Part shown: positions 25,504 through 38,646 of the stretch, in pieces | How positions within the stretch are numbered: position 1 is the stretch's first letter | How the letters are laid out: every line of letters begins with the position of its first letter | Assembly: GCA_035221665.1 (NCBI GenBank) | Contig: CM069155.1 | Span: 19,220,001 to 19,284,000 of the forward strand | Length of the DNA stretch: 64,000 bases | Direction: 5' to 3' | DNA from: Okamejei kenojei | Lineage: Eukaryota | Translations under genes and position numbers: made by a program | Notes under the pieces: generated by a model | What the model saw: only the letters and a program-made list of their open reading frames with translations | What the model was told of the DNA's origin: nothing | Databases searched by the model: none

Positions 25504-26339
25504 CTATTTTCATGTGTAAAAGATGTCTTACAATATTCAGACTTTAATTGGCCCTCTCGTTAGTCCACAGAGGCTGTAACATTTTGGAGCGCTGTCTATT
25601 GGCTTGATGTTTAAACACCCAGTGCTCATTCAAATCTGTTGCCCTTTTACATTCTCAAGTTGCTTATAATTCTGTACATGTAAAGAATTCCTCACTAACG
25701 AATGTAGAAATGATATCGATTGCTCACGAAACAAAAGAGATGAGTTGTATTTTTATTTGCGATCACTGTCTGATGCTGACTGCTGGGAGAAATGGATGTG
25801 TGGGGAGGGAATAGTGAAGATGGAGAATGGAAGCGCTCAGAGAAGGGAGGTTGCCACGTGTATAATCAGACCTGTCCTGTCATCCGGGCTTGTGTGTGAG
25901 AAACGACCTCCCAGGGAACCATATTGTAATGAGGGATGGGGAGAAGCTGGAAAGAAGAAATGCCGAGGGAATTGAATGTTCAAGTTGAGCAGCTCAAAAA
26001 ACCTTGTGTTGCTGGGTGGATGTGATGGGAGCAGGGGGATCAGTACTGGTGGATATGCAACATGTGTGCTGAGAGTTGTGTGCGTGCATAGGAGGCTGTT
26101 GGCTCACTCTGATAAAAATGCTTTGTGATGTGAGTTCTGAAGATGAATGCAGGGCTGCAGTGAACAGATCTGTCCCTTGATTCATCAGTTTCTGCACTCT
26201 AGCATTGTGACAGAAAGCATAACTGAAACAAAACCTGGAAGTCAGTTTCTCAACAAGAACCAGGGGACACCCCCCTTGCAAGAGAAGACTGACTGCAATA
26301 TTGTTTCAGTCTATCTTTTTCTCGAGTCGGTGTATTCTC

Positions 26340-26525
26340 ATCACTCTTTTCCCTGCTCTCTTCGTTTCCCCCCCCCCTCTTCTTTTTCCCCTCCCTCTCT
26401 CTCCCCCTCTTCTCTTTCCCCACTCAATTATTTTCATCCTCTTCTCTTCACCCTCACTCTTCTCTTAGCCCTCTTGCTCTTCTCTGCCCCCCCCACTATC
26501 CTCTCTCTTTCCTCCTTTCTACTCT
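26340..26525 (+). repeat. Polypyrimidine (CT-rich) low-complexity tract
   Basis: About 185 bp, overwhelmingly C/T. Confidence 0.85.
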
Positions 26526-27058
26526 TGTGGTCGAAAGCAGTAAATGTTCTGCTTTGAGGATCTCGGTGATGGTATATCGTGCCTCCGCTGGAAGTGTACT
26601 GTCTCAGTTTGAGGATGAATTTTGCTGCCAATACCATTGCCTCCATTCATGCTGTGGCTTTCAAACTGTTTTCTATTCCTGTGGTTTAGCACAAGTTTCT
26701 TTCAGTTTTATTCATCTTCGGCAACAACCTGTAGACACTTCTCGTTTTAAGAATCCCAGTACATAATCAAACTCTAGCTTCTGATTGGCAGAAATATAAG
26801 TCAACATTTTATTTTTAGAAGGAAGAAAATTGATTTTTCTAGAAAGCTGCAAAGTATGGGAAAAGCATTAGATGTCGTGCCATTTGTTGTTTTTTTTTGA
26901 GCAAGTATTTAAACATGTGGCAGAGGTTTATCCAAAAGGAAGTGTTCAGGTCCACTGATAATTCCAGTGGTTTATGAAGCACTCTAGTGATGCTGTAAAC
27001 CATATCGGTTAAACAAACGGTAGAGCAATCCACATTTCCGCAATTAAGTTTCTGCTCT

Positions 27059-27340
27059 GTGGCGCAGCGGTGGAGCTGCTGCCTTGCAACACCAGAGATC
27101 CGGGATCGATCCTGACTGCAGGTGCTATCTGCACGGAGTTTGTACGTTCTCCTGGAGACCTGCGAGGGCTTTTCTCCGGGACCTCCCGCAAACCCAAAGG
27201 CGTACAGGTTTGTAGGTTAATTGGTTTGGTGTAATTGTAAATTGTCCCTAGTGTGTGTCGGATAGTGTTAATGCGTGCAGGGATTGTGGATTCAGTGGGC
27301 TGAAGGGCCTGTTTCCGTGCTGTATCTCTAAACTAAACTC
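27059..27340 (+). mobile_element. HE1/V-SINE, near full length
   Basis: tRNA-like head GTGGCGCAGCGGTGG (A box) and GGGATCGATCC (B box), V-domain, tail ending (CTAAA)n. Confidence 0.88.
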
Positions 27341-28439
27341 AACTCCTAACCATTCAGTTGGCCCATCCTTACTTGAATTCAGAATGAGCTGATGGAGTTC
27401 ATTTAATGCTTGCAAAGTTTGTAAAATTCATGGAATAGTACTTCTCGGCTGCCGTTGATATAGTGAGGAAAAACCTTTTAAGTATAGCCATGTCAAACTA
27501 CTCTATTGCAGGTTTGAATTCTTTACATTCCATTTCCTGTTTCGTTTTCCCAATACCATTTTCTAGATCTTTTAAACTTGTTCCTTCCATGGAAATTTTG
27601 TGGTGACCCAGTTATTTGTTTCATACAAGTCACGTTGCCACACATGCTAATCTCAGATGTTGAGTGGGAATGAAAACAAGATCTGGCCATTTGGACAGAC
27701 GGATGTATAGGTAGGGTTTAGAGGGCCATGGGCCAATTGCAGGCAAATAGGGAAATGTGGAAACAACGGACTTCAGATTCTGCGCTGTGAGCGCTGTAAG
27801 TTTAAACGCAAGGATATAGTGTTCCAACTCTTGAACAATGCAGACAAATCTGCGGCAAGAAACTCTCACTGGTCATTGAGGGGTAACTGGAGGCCATGCC
27901 ATCTAACTCTGATCTTGTCTCTTTCCCCAGTACTCACACTCCACTCCCCCAACTACCCCCAGCTGTTTTCTCTCCCTCTAAATCTCTCCCAGCTGCAGGG
28001 GAAATGGACTAAAACCCAAATTCCTGTGTTGCCTTTCCCTCGTGTATCTTTCAAAAAGCTTTGTCAACACACACTACTAATGCGCGAATCTGTCGTTCCA
28101 AATTCTGCCTGGTTCACGTTCCTGAGTAGTTAAAAGCTCTATGTGTTGGCAGAACATGCCTCAGTTGATGCTCCTGCAGTTGAACAGCCAGGCTCCATGC
28201 TTGCCTAGAAAGGGTGGTCAGTGATGTTCAAGAAGCAAAAGATACTGAGGGTAGTAATTTAGCTGGAATTCCATTCGACAAGATAACAGAAATGCTGGAG
28301 GGTGGGTGTTGGAATTGATAGCAGTTTCTGTGGTTTCGCTGCCCCAAGGGATAAGGGCCTAGAGAAACAATGCTGTCTATTCAATTGGATAGCATTCAAA
28401 GCACAAAAATGTAAAGACGTGAAATGCCTGCAAGTGCAA

Positions 28440-29495
28440 TGCAGTTCAGTGCTCAAACAGTATTATTGGAATATTGGACATTACAGGATAAACAAACCAA
28501 TACTAGAGTCCTTCCCCAGACTCGTGTCCCCAGCATCGAGGCCCTGGCTACACTCTGTTGGCTCCATTGGACAGCCCACGTCATTCATTCATTAGCCTGA
28601 CATTAGATTCCCAGAACACGCACACATTGACAGGTTGGAATACAGATTCAAGGGTCACCACAAAAAAACGTAACATCCCCACTGACTCCTGCGTATCCCT
28701 GACAGGGGCGGAAACACGGGTGGGCCAGAGGGGACACGCCCCCCTCCCATGTTTTGAGAGGTGGGGGACATCCCCCCCCAAGGTTTTGTCATCCGGATTT
28801 TAAAATCTCCGCTTTCCGCGAGTCATTGGAGGAGGGAGGAGTGGGTGGGACTGAGGATAGAGTGCGGTGATTGGAGGAGGGAGACGTGGCACAGGCCTGC
28901 GCTTCATCCACAGCCAGGATCGATCCCGGCCAGGTCTCCGGCGCTGTCCCGTCCCCACCCGAGTGCCCCCCCCCCACGGGTGGCCAGAGAGGTCGGGACT
29001 CAGACACGAGCTGTACCCCCAGGCCCACAGCTAGCACAGAGAAGCAGCGCTAAACCCAGCTCAACTCTGCCTGGTTAACCTGCCTGGGCTTGCAGGAAAT
29101 ATGGGCAGCGCGGAGAAACAGCGCTGTTGTCCCGTCAGTACAGTCAGGGCTGTAGGTTAACCCGCCGAGACAGAGTTGAGCTGCATTTAGCGCTGGATTG
29201 AGCCTCCGAAGCCTCGCGCATGTGTGTGTGAGCGTGCTTCCTGTCCCCCGGTCCCCTCCATGTTTTGATAGCGAGTTCCGCCCTTGTTGGCCCATAACTG
29301 TTCAAAGTGTTGAACGATCATTTTGGACCAGACTTGGGGAGCAGACAGTAGCCATGAGCGACGGTGGAAAGAACAAACCACCTCACAAAGTTCCCCCCCC
29401 CCCCCCCCCCCCCCCAAGAGTGCTTTGTCAGGCATCTCCTGCCCCAGCTGTTGAAGAGTCGGTATGGCCTCATTTGTTACCACAGAACCCACAAA
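28440..29495 (+). mobile_element. Old RTE-clade LINE 3' fragment split by a hAT element
   Basis: TNTRVLPQTRVPSIEALAT..LHWTAHV (about 28495-28585), NIPTDS..SL|AHNCSK across the insertion, degenerate CPSC..GLICYHRTH (about 29437-29493). Confidence 0.6.
28703..29286. mobile_element. Non-autonomous hAT-type element (GGGCGGAA-end family), reverse orientation
   Basis: Ends CAGGGGCGGAAAC / CATGTTTTGATAGCGAGTTCCGCCCTTG; right end matches the reverse complement of the 42842 end; no clear TSD. Confidence 0.7.
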
Positions 29496-29711
29496 ACTGG
29501 GGCACGAAGCACATTGTCCTTGATCTGGAGACACTGCCGAGGTAGAAAACAACACCTTTTGCAAAAGGATGTTTTGTATGTTGAATATTGTAGAGCATTT
29601 AAACATCTGGACCATCGAGGTTTATTCCACTGTGGATGTTGCTTTTGAACTAATATTAGGGTTATTAAAAAAAAATTAAATTGTATTTTTCTGTGTTATT
29701 GTGTTCGAAAG

Positions 29712-30236
29712 TCAATTTATTGTCACATGTGCCAATTAAGGAACAGTGAAACTCGAATAACCATACAGCCATACTAAAAATAAAGCAACAAGACACACAA
29801 CTACATAAAAGTTAACATAAAGATCCACCACAGCGGATTCCCCACGTTCCTCACTGTGATGGAAGGCAATAAAGTCCAACCTCTTTATTCTCCCGCGGTT
29901 GGGGCAGTCGAACCATCCGCAGTTGGGGCAATCGAAGCTCCCGCAGCCGGCGGTCAAAGCTCCACGATGGTTTGCAGACTCCAAAAGTCGGCCTCCAGCA
30001 GAGGTCAACAGCTCCTCGATGTTCGGCCGCAATGCCGACACGATACGGAAAAATAAATTGCATCTCCGTCGAGGTCAGAGATTTAAAAACATTTTCCACA
30101 AATCCCCCCCCCTCCCCCACATAAAACAAGCTAAAGAACACTAAAACATACATTTAACACATTCTAAAAAAAACAACAAAGAAGGAAGGGCCAGACAGAC
30201 TGTTGGCGAGGCAGCCATTGTTGGCGCCACTCGGTG
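29712..30236 (-). mobile_element. Non-coding retroposon with Rex1-like 3' tail
   Basis: Minus-strand end GTATGGCTGTATGGT..TTTCACTGT..CACATGTGACAATAAA; related to 60563-61176. Confidence 0.65.
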
Positions 30237-30583
30237 TTTATGGGCCTGTTAAGCTGCTACGTGTATGAATGTCATTGTTCCGTTATAGTCATTGGCGTAC
30301 AGCATGGAAACAGGCCCTTCAGCTCAAATCATCCATGCCGACCAAAATGCCCCATCTCCATGGAAGACCAGGTTCCATGAAAAGGGATCCAAATTCTGCC
30401 TGTGTTCAGCAGTAGTTCATGACACCATGTTACTCAAGCAATCTGTCTACATTTATACGGTTGTTTATACGGCATTGTTCGAATGACCAGGTTTACTATT
30501 AGATTGGTTGGACCTGTGGTCCTTGTATATGGTCCGCTTGCTGCTGACTTCCAGATCCCTGTTGATGTTGGGCCAGTCGATAA

Positions 30584-30922
30584 AGGGCCTGTCCCACCAG
30601 CATGCGATTGCATGCGTCTAGCGCGACCAAACATGGTCGCTTGAGGCGTACGGCCTCGCGGGGCCGGTCCCACTTCGATCGGCGGCGTATGGAGTAGTGT
30701 GGGGCTCCTAAAATCTTGCACTGTCCGAAAATCCCGTGCGCCAATGGCCTGTTGGCCCGCAGTATGCAGCGTCTTGACGCCGTACACCTAGCGCGTGGCG
30801 TTGCGCGATGACGTCACCGTCCGGCGTGCCATTGCGTGATGACGTCACCGCACGACGCCAAATTCATTTGGCCCGCCTCCTGCCCAGCTGATTGGCAATC
30901 GCATGCTGGTGGGACAGGCCCT
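30584..30922. mobile_element. PIF/Harbinger-type MITE
   Basis: TIR AGGGCCTGTCCCACCAGCATGCGATTGC / GCAATCGCATGCTGGTGGGACAGGCCCT (perfect 28 bp); TAA TSD. Confidence 0.9.
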
Positions 30923-31901
30923 TAAAGCTCTGAGCTGCTACTTCGTTCACAATGCCCATGTGCCCTGACCTGCAAAACCCCTTTCACTCGTTTTTCCCCT
31001 TTGTGGTTCTCTGGATATAATAATTTGTGGCCCTCCAATGTGGACAGCGGTCAATACCTGAGATGAGAAGGCTTTAAATTCTCGCCTCAGCATCGGTCTG
31101 CATCAGGACCGTCAAGGTGCATTTGTGTACTTGCTTTAATATTGGATATCTCTGGATCAATTTTGCTATCATTTTGGTTGATCCAGGAAAATAATTCATG
31201 AATGTTTGTAGGCTGGATAAAGCATAGTCATTGTCATGGCTGTGTTGATGATGCATTCCCAGTGGCATTCCTAACCAATGTTCAACATTATAAAGGTGTT
31301 GAGTCGAGAGGATGGGTCACTTCTGTGTCCCCGAGGTCACCGTTGTGGGCGAGTGCAAGGAATGGCCAATCAGACTTTATATTCAGTGACAAACATACAT
31401 AAATTGCCTAGCATAACTGGTGGAACTTTGATTTGAATATTATTTCTTACACATTCTTTTGTATTGGACCATCGTTTCTTTTGGTCGCTTATCCACGTCA
31501 CGCAAATGGCATGGTTTTCTTCTGGTCCTTGTCCAGAGTGTAACTTCTGACTGTCCTGTCCATCAATAGAGACATCACAATTTAGTGTGTCAGTGACGTT
31601 GTCAGTAAATGTATGGATTACTTGAAGTGTAAGGTTACAATGGCTTGTTGTCAGCTCTTTGTTACTATGAATTTGACAACCCAATGAACACCCTGCTAGC
31701 TTTCAGTTCATAATACAATCCATAATATTGCTAAACTACCTTCTAAAGGTCATTTTACAATGTTTAAATTCAGGTTCTTGTGGCCTAGTAAACCTCTGTT
31801 AAAATTGATTTTTGTCTACAAGGTTTATTCTTTGGTGAACCTTTCCACTGTGACTTGCCTTGGAGGTCAGCAGCCTTCTGTGGTTACTTTCATCACACTT
31901 A

Positions 31902-32248
31902 AGGGCCTGTCCCACTTACACGACTTTTTCGGTGACTGCCGGCACGCGTCATAGGTCGGTAAAAATTTTCAACATGTTGAAAATTCAGCGGCGACCAGAA
32001 AGACACTACGACTCTTTGGAGACCTCTCACGACCATACAGGTCTCCTATGGTTGTGAGAGGTCACCCGCGACATGTCGCCAGGGTTCGCCTGTATGGTCA
32101 TGAGAGGTCTCCTATGGTCGTGAGAGGTTTCCAAAGAGTCGTGACGTCTTTCTGGTCGCCGCTGAATTTTCAACATGTTGAACATTTTCGGCGACCTATG
32201 ACGGGTGTTGGCAGTCGCCGAAAAAGTCGCGTAAGTGGGACAGGCCCT
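31902..32248. mobile_element. PIF/Harbinger-type palindromic MITE
   Basis: TIR AGGGCCTGTCCCACTTAC; TTA TSD (31899-31901, 32249-32251); almost wholly fold-back. Confidence 0.9.
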
Positions 32249-33569
32249 TTAGGGTTCACCTTTCAGTTGTAGACCATTTGCACACACCCTCAGACCAAAG
32301 TAAATCTCTTCCTTCTGCAAGGAAGTGCATTTTCTCTCATCGAACTTAACGCTATGATCCAACAATCCATTCACCTTAACACAAGTCGTGGAATAATGCA
32401 CTGCACATAAGAAAGGTCAAGTTATGAAAATGAATCCAATGGAGAATGGTCATAGATGTCAACTGCTGAAACGTTGGCTACAATTGGGAAAGAGGAAGTG
32501 GTGTTGCCAAATAACAGCAGTTGAGATCAATGTTGCCAAACCAGCCAAACAAACAGCAGGAAGAAAGTTCTCACAAGGAGATAACAGTCACTGATCAACA
32601 AAAGGATGTGCTCTTGCAAAGCTAATGGAGTCTGTGAGTCCAATTCATAAATGATTTAAGATTGTTGGAATTATTAAACAACTTGCGCCAACACAATTGA
32701 ATTCCACAAAACTAAATCTGATTTCCAGATTCATAGAGGCTCGCTTGTTGGGAAATGTATGTGATATTTGAAACGCAAATTTCAAATGGCCAGTGGCCAA
32801 TTTCTTTTACGAGCTATTATGAATTTGCCAAACCATTGGAGACTGTAAGGTTTCAGTTTATAAGACAATGGAACACAATTTGTTAAACGACTGTGGAGAG
32901 GTGATTTTATACATTTCATGTTCAATTGGGGTTGGAGGTTCTTATTACCTTTACAAAAACTCCGAGCGATTTCTTCTTTGTCTCCTCTGTCACCTTGCTC
33001 ATTCTTTGCTGAACCTTTCTTGAACTTTGACGGGGAAAAGGTGCAAAACAGCCAATTTTTTTTTCACAAGCAAACCTTCCTTTTTGCTGGTCAGAAATCT
33101 GTTGCTCGGTTTCTGTTTAATGTGTGCATTCCGTGTTTGCTTTGATTTTCTGAAAGTCAATTAGCTGGAGAGGTCAGGCTGTCCAAATTCCTGCTGTAAG
33201 CGGTTAAATGCACGGCAGCAATAATCTGCAGTTTCCAAACAGGAGGCCTTGACAGCACACAGCACAACAAAGGAACCAGGTGCAGAAGCTACATGGCTCT
33301 TGGCTAGACTGTGTCAGCAACAGCACCACTCCACTAACCGCCAAACAGTCTGTAATGTCGCAGTTTTCTGGGTGCTTTTCTAATTCCGTATCCTTCATTG
33401 TGAGTTGAGAATTAAGTGGCAGGGTTAGGCAGCATTGTGGTTATTTTATGCCAAAGCATATGATGGGGTCACTATGACGTAGATGTGGAGGCGTTTACAA
33501 AATACCAATGTTCAACATTATCAATTATGTAAATACCTATTTACAACCCGGATTCATGGCTTTCATTAG

Positions 33570-33805
33570 CAAAACACACAGTGCTGGAGGAACTCAGTCA
33601 GGCAGCATCTGTGGTGGGAATGAACAGGCGACGTCTTGGGTCGGGACTAGGATTGCTTTCTGATTCAGAGTCTGAAGAAGGGTTCCGACCCGAAACATCA
33701 CCTATTATTCTTCTCTAGAGATGCTGCTTGACCCACTGAGTTACACCGGGATTCAGTCTGTCTTCGATGTAAACCAGCATCTGCAGTTCTTTGCTACACA
33801 TTTTG
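33570..33805. mobile_element. Penelope-derived inverted insertion
   Basis: GTGCTGGAGGAACTCAG..GCAGCATC then AGTCTGAAGAAGGGTTCCGACCCGAAACATC..AAACCAGCATCTGCAG. Confidence 0.75.
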
Positions 33806-33960
33806 TCTGTTTTCTGATTAACTGATTGATTATTGTTGATAAAGTGATTAAAATGATTATATTTGAAAAAACAATATTTTCTGATTTTTAATTAAAATTT
33901 TGTTCTTGGCAAATGTACCTTTATTTTACAAATGTAAACCTACTGTTGTTTGATAAGATC

Positions 33961-35853
33961 TCAAAAAGCATTAGGTATCAACATCTCATCTCTCAACGAT
34001 GCATGCAATTTCTTGACAAAGAGGCCAGCAGCACTAAAACATCTTTCAGCTTCAACTGACCTAGGAGGAATAGTCATGAGTGTTCTGTACACTTTTTCTA
34101 GTGTGCTGGGGCATTTTGATGTGCTTTCCAGGTCAACCATTTCTTGCTTCCGTATCTTCAAAATGTCTTGTGGGTTTGAATATGACTCCATTGGCTTTGG
34201 CTTTGTGATGTTTTGCTGGGGAGAGAATGGCATCAAACTCTTCTAATTTACTTTGCTTTACAGTGGCATCAAGTTTAATCATTATCTTTGTTTGAGAACA
34301 GCTACATGTAAACGTCTCTTGCAATTTTAGCAAGATCAGGAGTTCCAGGGAGAGTCATGGTCCATCGGGGAGTCCTGAAATGCCTGCGTTTCTTCTCTGC
34401 TCAATCCTGGCGCGAGCTCCTTCATACAGAGTTCTGCAGACACCACCAGGTTGCTGCTCCACATTGGCCAGCGTGAAGTCCAATATTTTGTCAGCTTTGA
34501 CTAAGTTGCAATCACGTCGTCCAAGGGCGAGGACTCTCATTCCTTTCAACTAACTCGGATGCCAGCTCCAATTCAATTTCAGACAGGCAAAGATGGCTGC
34601 ATGAAAGCTCACTAAGCACTGTTGGTATGACATCTTTCATTTCCAAAAACTGCCTCAGCAGAGCCAGCATTGAATTCCAATGTGTTTTGCAGTCAAGGAT
34701 CAATGACGTCTCATTTCCTTTTTCACGTTTGACTAGATTTTGCAGTAAATCATTTCTCACGGGTGATTTGCAGAAAAAACGTAGCAATTTTTTGTATTTT
34801 TCGAATCAGTTCAGCAATGCTGTCTGCAACTAGAACATGAGCATCCACAGACTGATCTACAACCCACTCACTGATGGAGATGTCATTGCTTTTTCCCTCA
34901 TCATCGGACTCCTCAATCCTCTCTTCATAGATGTCGTCCGCTTCATTCTCATCTTCATCACCATCAGCAGACATGTCAAGCAGCCACTTGCACAGCACAT
35001 CAACCACGCCCGCGTGAATGCCATGCGGATGACACAATTGCTGGAAAATGTTTAATTTGTTGACCGATCTTCTTCATCACACTGGCTCCATCATTGGTCG
35101 GCCCGACTACGTGTTTCTTCAAATCAATATCAAAAGTTTCAAGCTTCTCAATGAACCGTTTTAGTCCTTTATCCGCAGGCATTGAACCATTGATTTGTAT
35201 CATTCCAAGGCTTGTCAGCTCTTGAGATTGAGATATGTAGCGTTGATTTCTCTTTGAGGTCCAATAGTCTAAAGTGAGTGAAAAGCGGTCCTCAGATTCC
35301 AGTATTTCCTTCAGTTCATGCTTCATTTCATCCTGGATTTTTGCTCCAATCTTCATGAGCACACCACACTTTTGTAACCATACCACTGCTGCATCTTTGT
35401 CGATGCCATAACGTAACAATACCTGCGCACTGCCTAGGTTGCATGCAAAACAAAGCGATTCACTAGGTACCTGTGACAAAGTATCATTCATTCAAATTCC
35501 CCCTCTTGTATTTGGGATTTTCACACCTTGCGCTTTCCAGCCATTTTTTCTGTTGACAAACGGCCAAAGTTGCAAACGGAATTCTGTCTAAAGGCGTCAA
35601 ACATGCAATAACAAACTCTGGTGTTCCTGGTGATTTGTTCATGAAATGCGAAAGAATTGTCCCCTGGATTGCGTATGATGGATTGCCAACTGACTTGTTT
35701 GAAGACACTGGGGCAAATGTGAAGGCATGATTGTGTTCCAGATGATACTGGAATGATGACGAAGATGGCTGATATTTGAAAGCTGCTTACATTTCACAAA
35801 ATTCCTATCGTTTTTGTGCGCAAGAAAGTTGCACCAAACGTCCGAACTTCATG
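33961..35853 (-). pseudogene. Fossil hAT (Ac/ZBED-like) transposase
   Basis: Ordered motifs: BED-like SDVWCNF..SSSFQYHLEHNH, SLTLDYWTS, TNDGASVM, CHPHGIH, LDCKTHWNS, C-terminal IPPRSVEAERCFSAAG; multiple frameshifts. Confidence 0.9.
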
Positions 35854-36074
35854 CCTTGATAATTAATCCAGTTATTCAATATTTTACTGTCTGAAATGTT
35901 CTGAATGCATTTAACAGATTGTTTATGTTTCTGCTTGTCTTTACTGGATAAACTGGCTGGGTGAAAAGTTAGTTTTGGAGAAGAGAGCTTTTAGAAATGT
36001 AATCACTTTAATTGATTAATCACAGGTGATTAATCATTAATCAGTATTTTGGAAAAACATTCATCAGAGCAGCG

Positions 36075-36165
36075 AAGGTAGACAAAAATGCTGGAGAAAC
36101 TCAGCGGGTGCAGCAGCATCTATGGAGCGAAGGAAATAGGCAACGTTTCGGGCCGAAACCCTTCT
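36075..36165 (-). mobile_element. Penelope terminal repeat with intact hammerhead core
   Basis: TSD TCAGAGCAGCG (36064-36074, 36166-36176); minus strand CTGAAGAAGGGTTTCGGCCCGAAACGTT (36142-36169, overlapping the right TSD). Confidence 0.8.
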
Positions 36166-36199
36166 TCAGAGCAGCGTTACCCAGACCAGCATTAGCCAA

Positions 36200-36465
36200 G
36201 TGGGGGGGGGGGGGGCAGTGGGGAGAGTAGGGGGGGTATTACTTGAAATTGGAGGAGTCAATGCTCATATTGTTGGGTGTAGGAAGGAACTGCAGATGCT
36301 GGTTTACACTGAAGATATCCACAAAATGCTGCAGTAACAGCGGTCCCGCTGTGTCTGCACTTGTTGTTGGGTTTGTATTCCAAATAAAATACATTGTGTT
36401 GTTCTTCCAGTTTGCAATGGAGGAGGCCGAGGACGGAGAGATTGGTAGGGGAATGGTTAGTGACA
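36200..36465 (-). mobile_element. Penelope GIY-YIG C-terminal fragment with nested terminal repeat
   Basis: NLSVLGLLHC-KLEEQHNVFYL and PNNMSIDSSNFK, resembling PLE endonuclease C-termini. Confidence 0.7.
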
Positions 36466-37129
36466 GTTGGACAAATCCAACTGTGCAAACATTGAATTTT
36501 CCAATTTTTCTTTCCCTAGCCCTCCACCCAGCGCACACACATTTATCTTCTGTCTCCTCTTCTGCTTGGGCCATTCTCACTTGCTCCACCCATCTGCCAA
36601 TACCCCCCCCCCCCCGGGCCCCTCACACTGGCAATAACATTTACGTCTCCAGGCCAATAGGCTACTTTTTGCCTGTGTGTCTGTACACACAAAACATGTC
36701 AAGGCCCTCCCAAGGTGTTTACTTTCTCCTTTCTCCCCTCCTAACCCCTAATCTCCTAACCGAGTCAAAACCCCCCCTCCTAATTTGTAGCTCGTTCATG
36801 TGGAAACAAGTCTGTTTTCTTTCCCTCAAAGCCCAGCTGCGGCTGCATGAAGTAGATAAGGACTGCATCATTCAGGCGGGTCCCGCATTGTGGGTGGGGT
36901 AAGCTTGTGTGAGGCTTCAATGCCATCTACCACTCCATTCTGTGCCAGTTCCTCTCTACCCCGACCTGTGTGAAGGGCGGAAGGCAGGGAAGTACAATGC
37001 TCATTATCCTGGCCCAGATTTTGCTCACAACGAAAACAAGACAGGCAGCAAACGGTTACTGGTGCTGCCCTTTCCATCCTTTTGCTGTTCCTGAAAAAAA
37101 AATGTTTTTTTTTCTAGCACCTCCCAAGC

Positions 37130-37372
37130 TTGCACTTTCTCCACCCATTTGCCAATCGATCCCCCTCACTGTATCCACCTATCACTTGCCAGACTTTGCC
37201 CCGCTCCCAGGTCTTTTCCAGCATCTCCCTCCCTGCTCCAGTCAGTCTGAAGAAGGATCCTGACCTGAAGCATCGTCTGTCCATTCCCTCCACCGATGCT
37301 GCCTGACCTGCTGAATTCTTCCAGCATTTATTTTTGCTCGATTCCAGCACCTGCAGCCTTTTATATCTCCAC
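37130..37372 (+). mobile_element. Penelope 3' UTR/terminal repeat
   Basis: TATCCACCTATCACTTGCCAG...CAGTCTGAAGAAGGATCCTGACCTGAAGC. Confidence 0.75.
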
Positions 37373-38646
37373 TTCTAATACCAAAATGACGAGGGTGGGA
37401 GGGTAAGAGAACATCACCAAATACAAGGCCTCCGCAGACATGCAAGTCCTAACAAAACTGCAAAGAACTGAGTTGAGAATGGTGTCGTTCCTGGTTTGGA
37501 CTCAATCGCTTTATTGTCAATTTTGTTTATTTGTCTCACAGAACTTGTGACTTTACTGAAAATTGTGGAAATTAAAAAGTAAATCACTTTTTAAAGACCA
37601 TAGTGCCAAACTACCATTGGTAGCAAGATGACCAATTCTAGATATAAGGCAGTACTTTCTTGCATTGGCCAATGTTTTTTGCTACCTACTCCAGGTGAAG
37701 TCCATTCAAGCTCGTGTGGATGAAGAAGTGTTTTGGGAAATACCGCAATTCTACACTGATATACTGTATCGGCAGATAATGTGTATAATTTTACATTTAC
37801 AAATTTGGAAATAAACACCTCAATCATTTTGGATTATTAAGAGTCTAGATAGACGTAACATTCTGGAGTAATTATAAACCGCCATCTGCAGTTGCTTTTT
37901 ATTAAGTCTAGACATTGATTTCAAATGTTGTCAAAGTGGCAGGTAGAGAATAGGAGATATATATTACAAAGGAGGGATTTCAAAACTATTTCATGTTATT
38001 AAGTAGGAGTTGTTATAAAATGAATCCATTTGGTATTTCAGGAAGTTGGGCAGTTTCTGACCCACTGAGTTCCTACATCGCTCTGTGTTTTCCTTCACAA
38101 TCCTACTTTGAGGGCCTGCTTTATTCATCTGCTTTTAATTAGATATAAACATAAGCCATTATTGGTCAAGTTTAAATATCAGAGGAGATAGATCTATAGT
38201 CAGTAAATTCTATGTCACAATGCAGAGAGTTTGCTTCTATTCTGCAAATTAATGCTTTGGAACAGGCTATATTGAATGTGGTTGTTTGCTTGATGCTAAT
38301 TAATATGCCTGTATGTTGCATCTTACAGTGTAGTTTTAATCTGAAATGAACGATTAGTGTGAATGCAGATATATAAGAAATCCTTAATTGGACTTGCTGC
38401 TGCGCCAACTCTATAAATCATTTTGTATTCACTGACTTCTAGATAACCTTCCAAGTTTTGTTAAAATGCTAATAACTTATCAACTGATCAGGGAGACCAG
38501 CACCAGTGATGAACAGACTTGGCTTTGAAAGTTTCCTACAGTAATTGGGTCTAAGTTATTCATAAATTTCCCTCCCTACTTCTGAATATTTGGACTGCTA
38601 GTGTACATCTTGCACCTCTCAGTAAACGTGTACATCTCTCAGTAAG

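Noticed and set aside
27059-27130. tRNA gene
   Set aside because: A/B boxes belong to a SINE head; no cloverleaf seen
32280-32900. Coding-like purine-rich stretch
   Set aside because: Frequent stops and no recognisable motif
36243-36902. 219-aa plus-strand ORF
   Set aside because: Antisense to Penelope fragments; no recognisable domain
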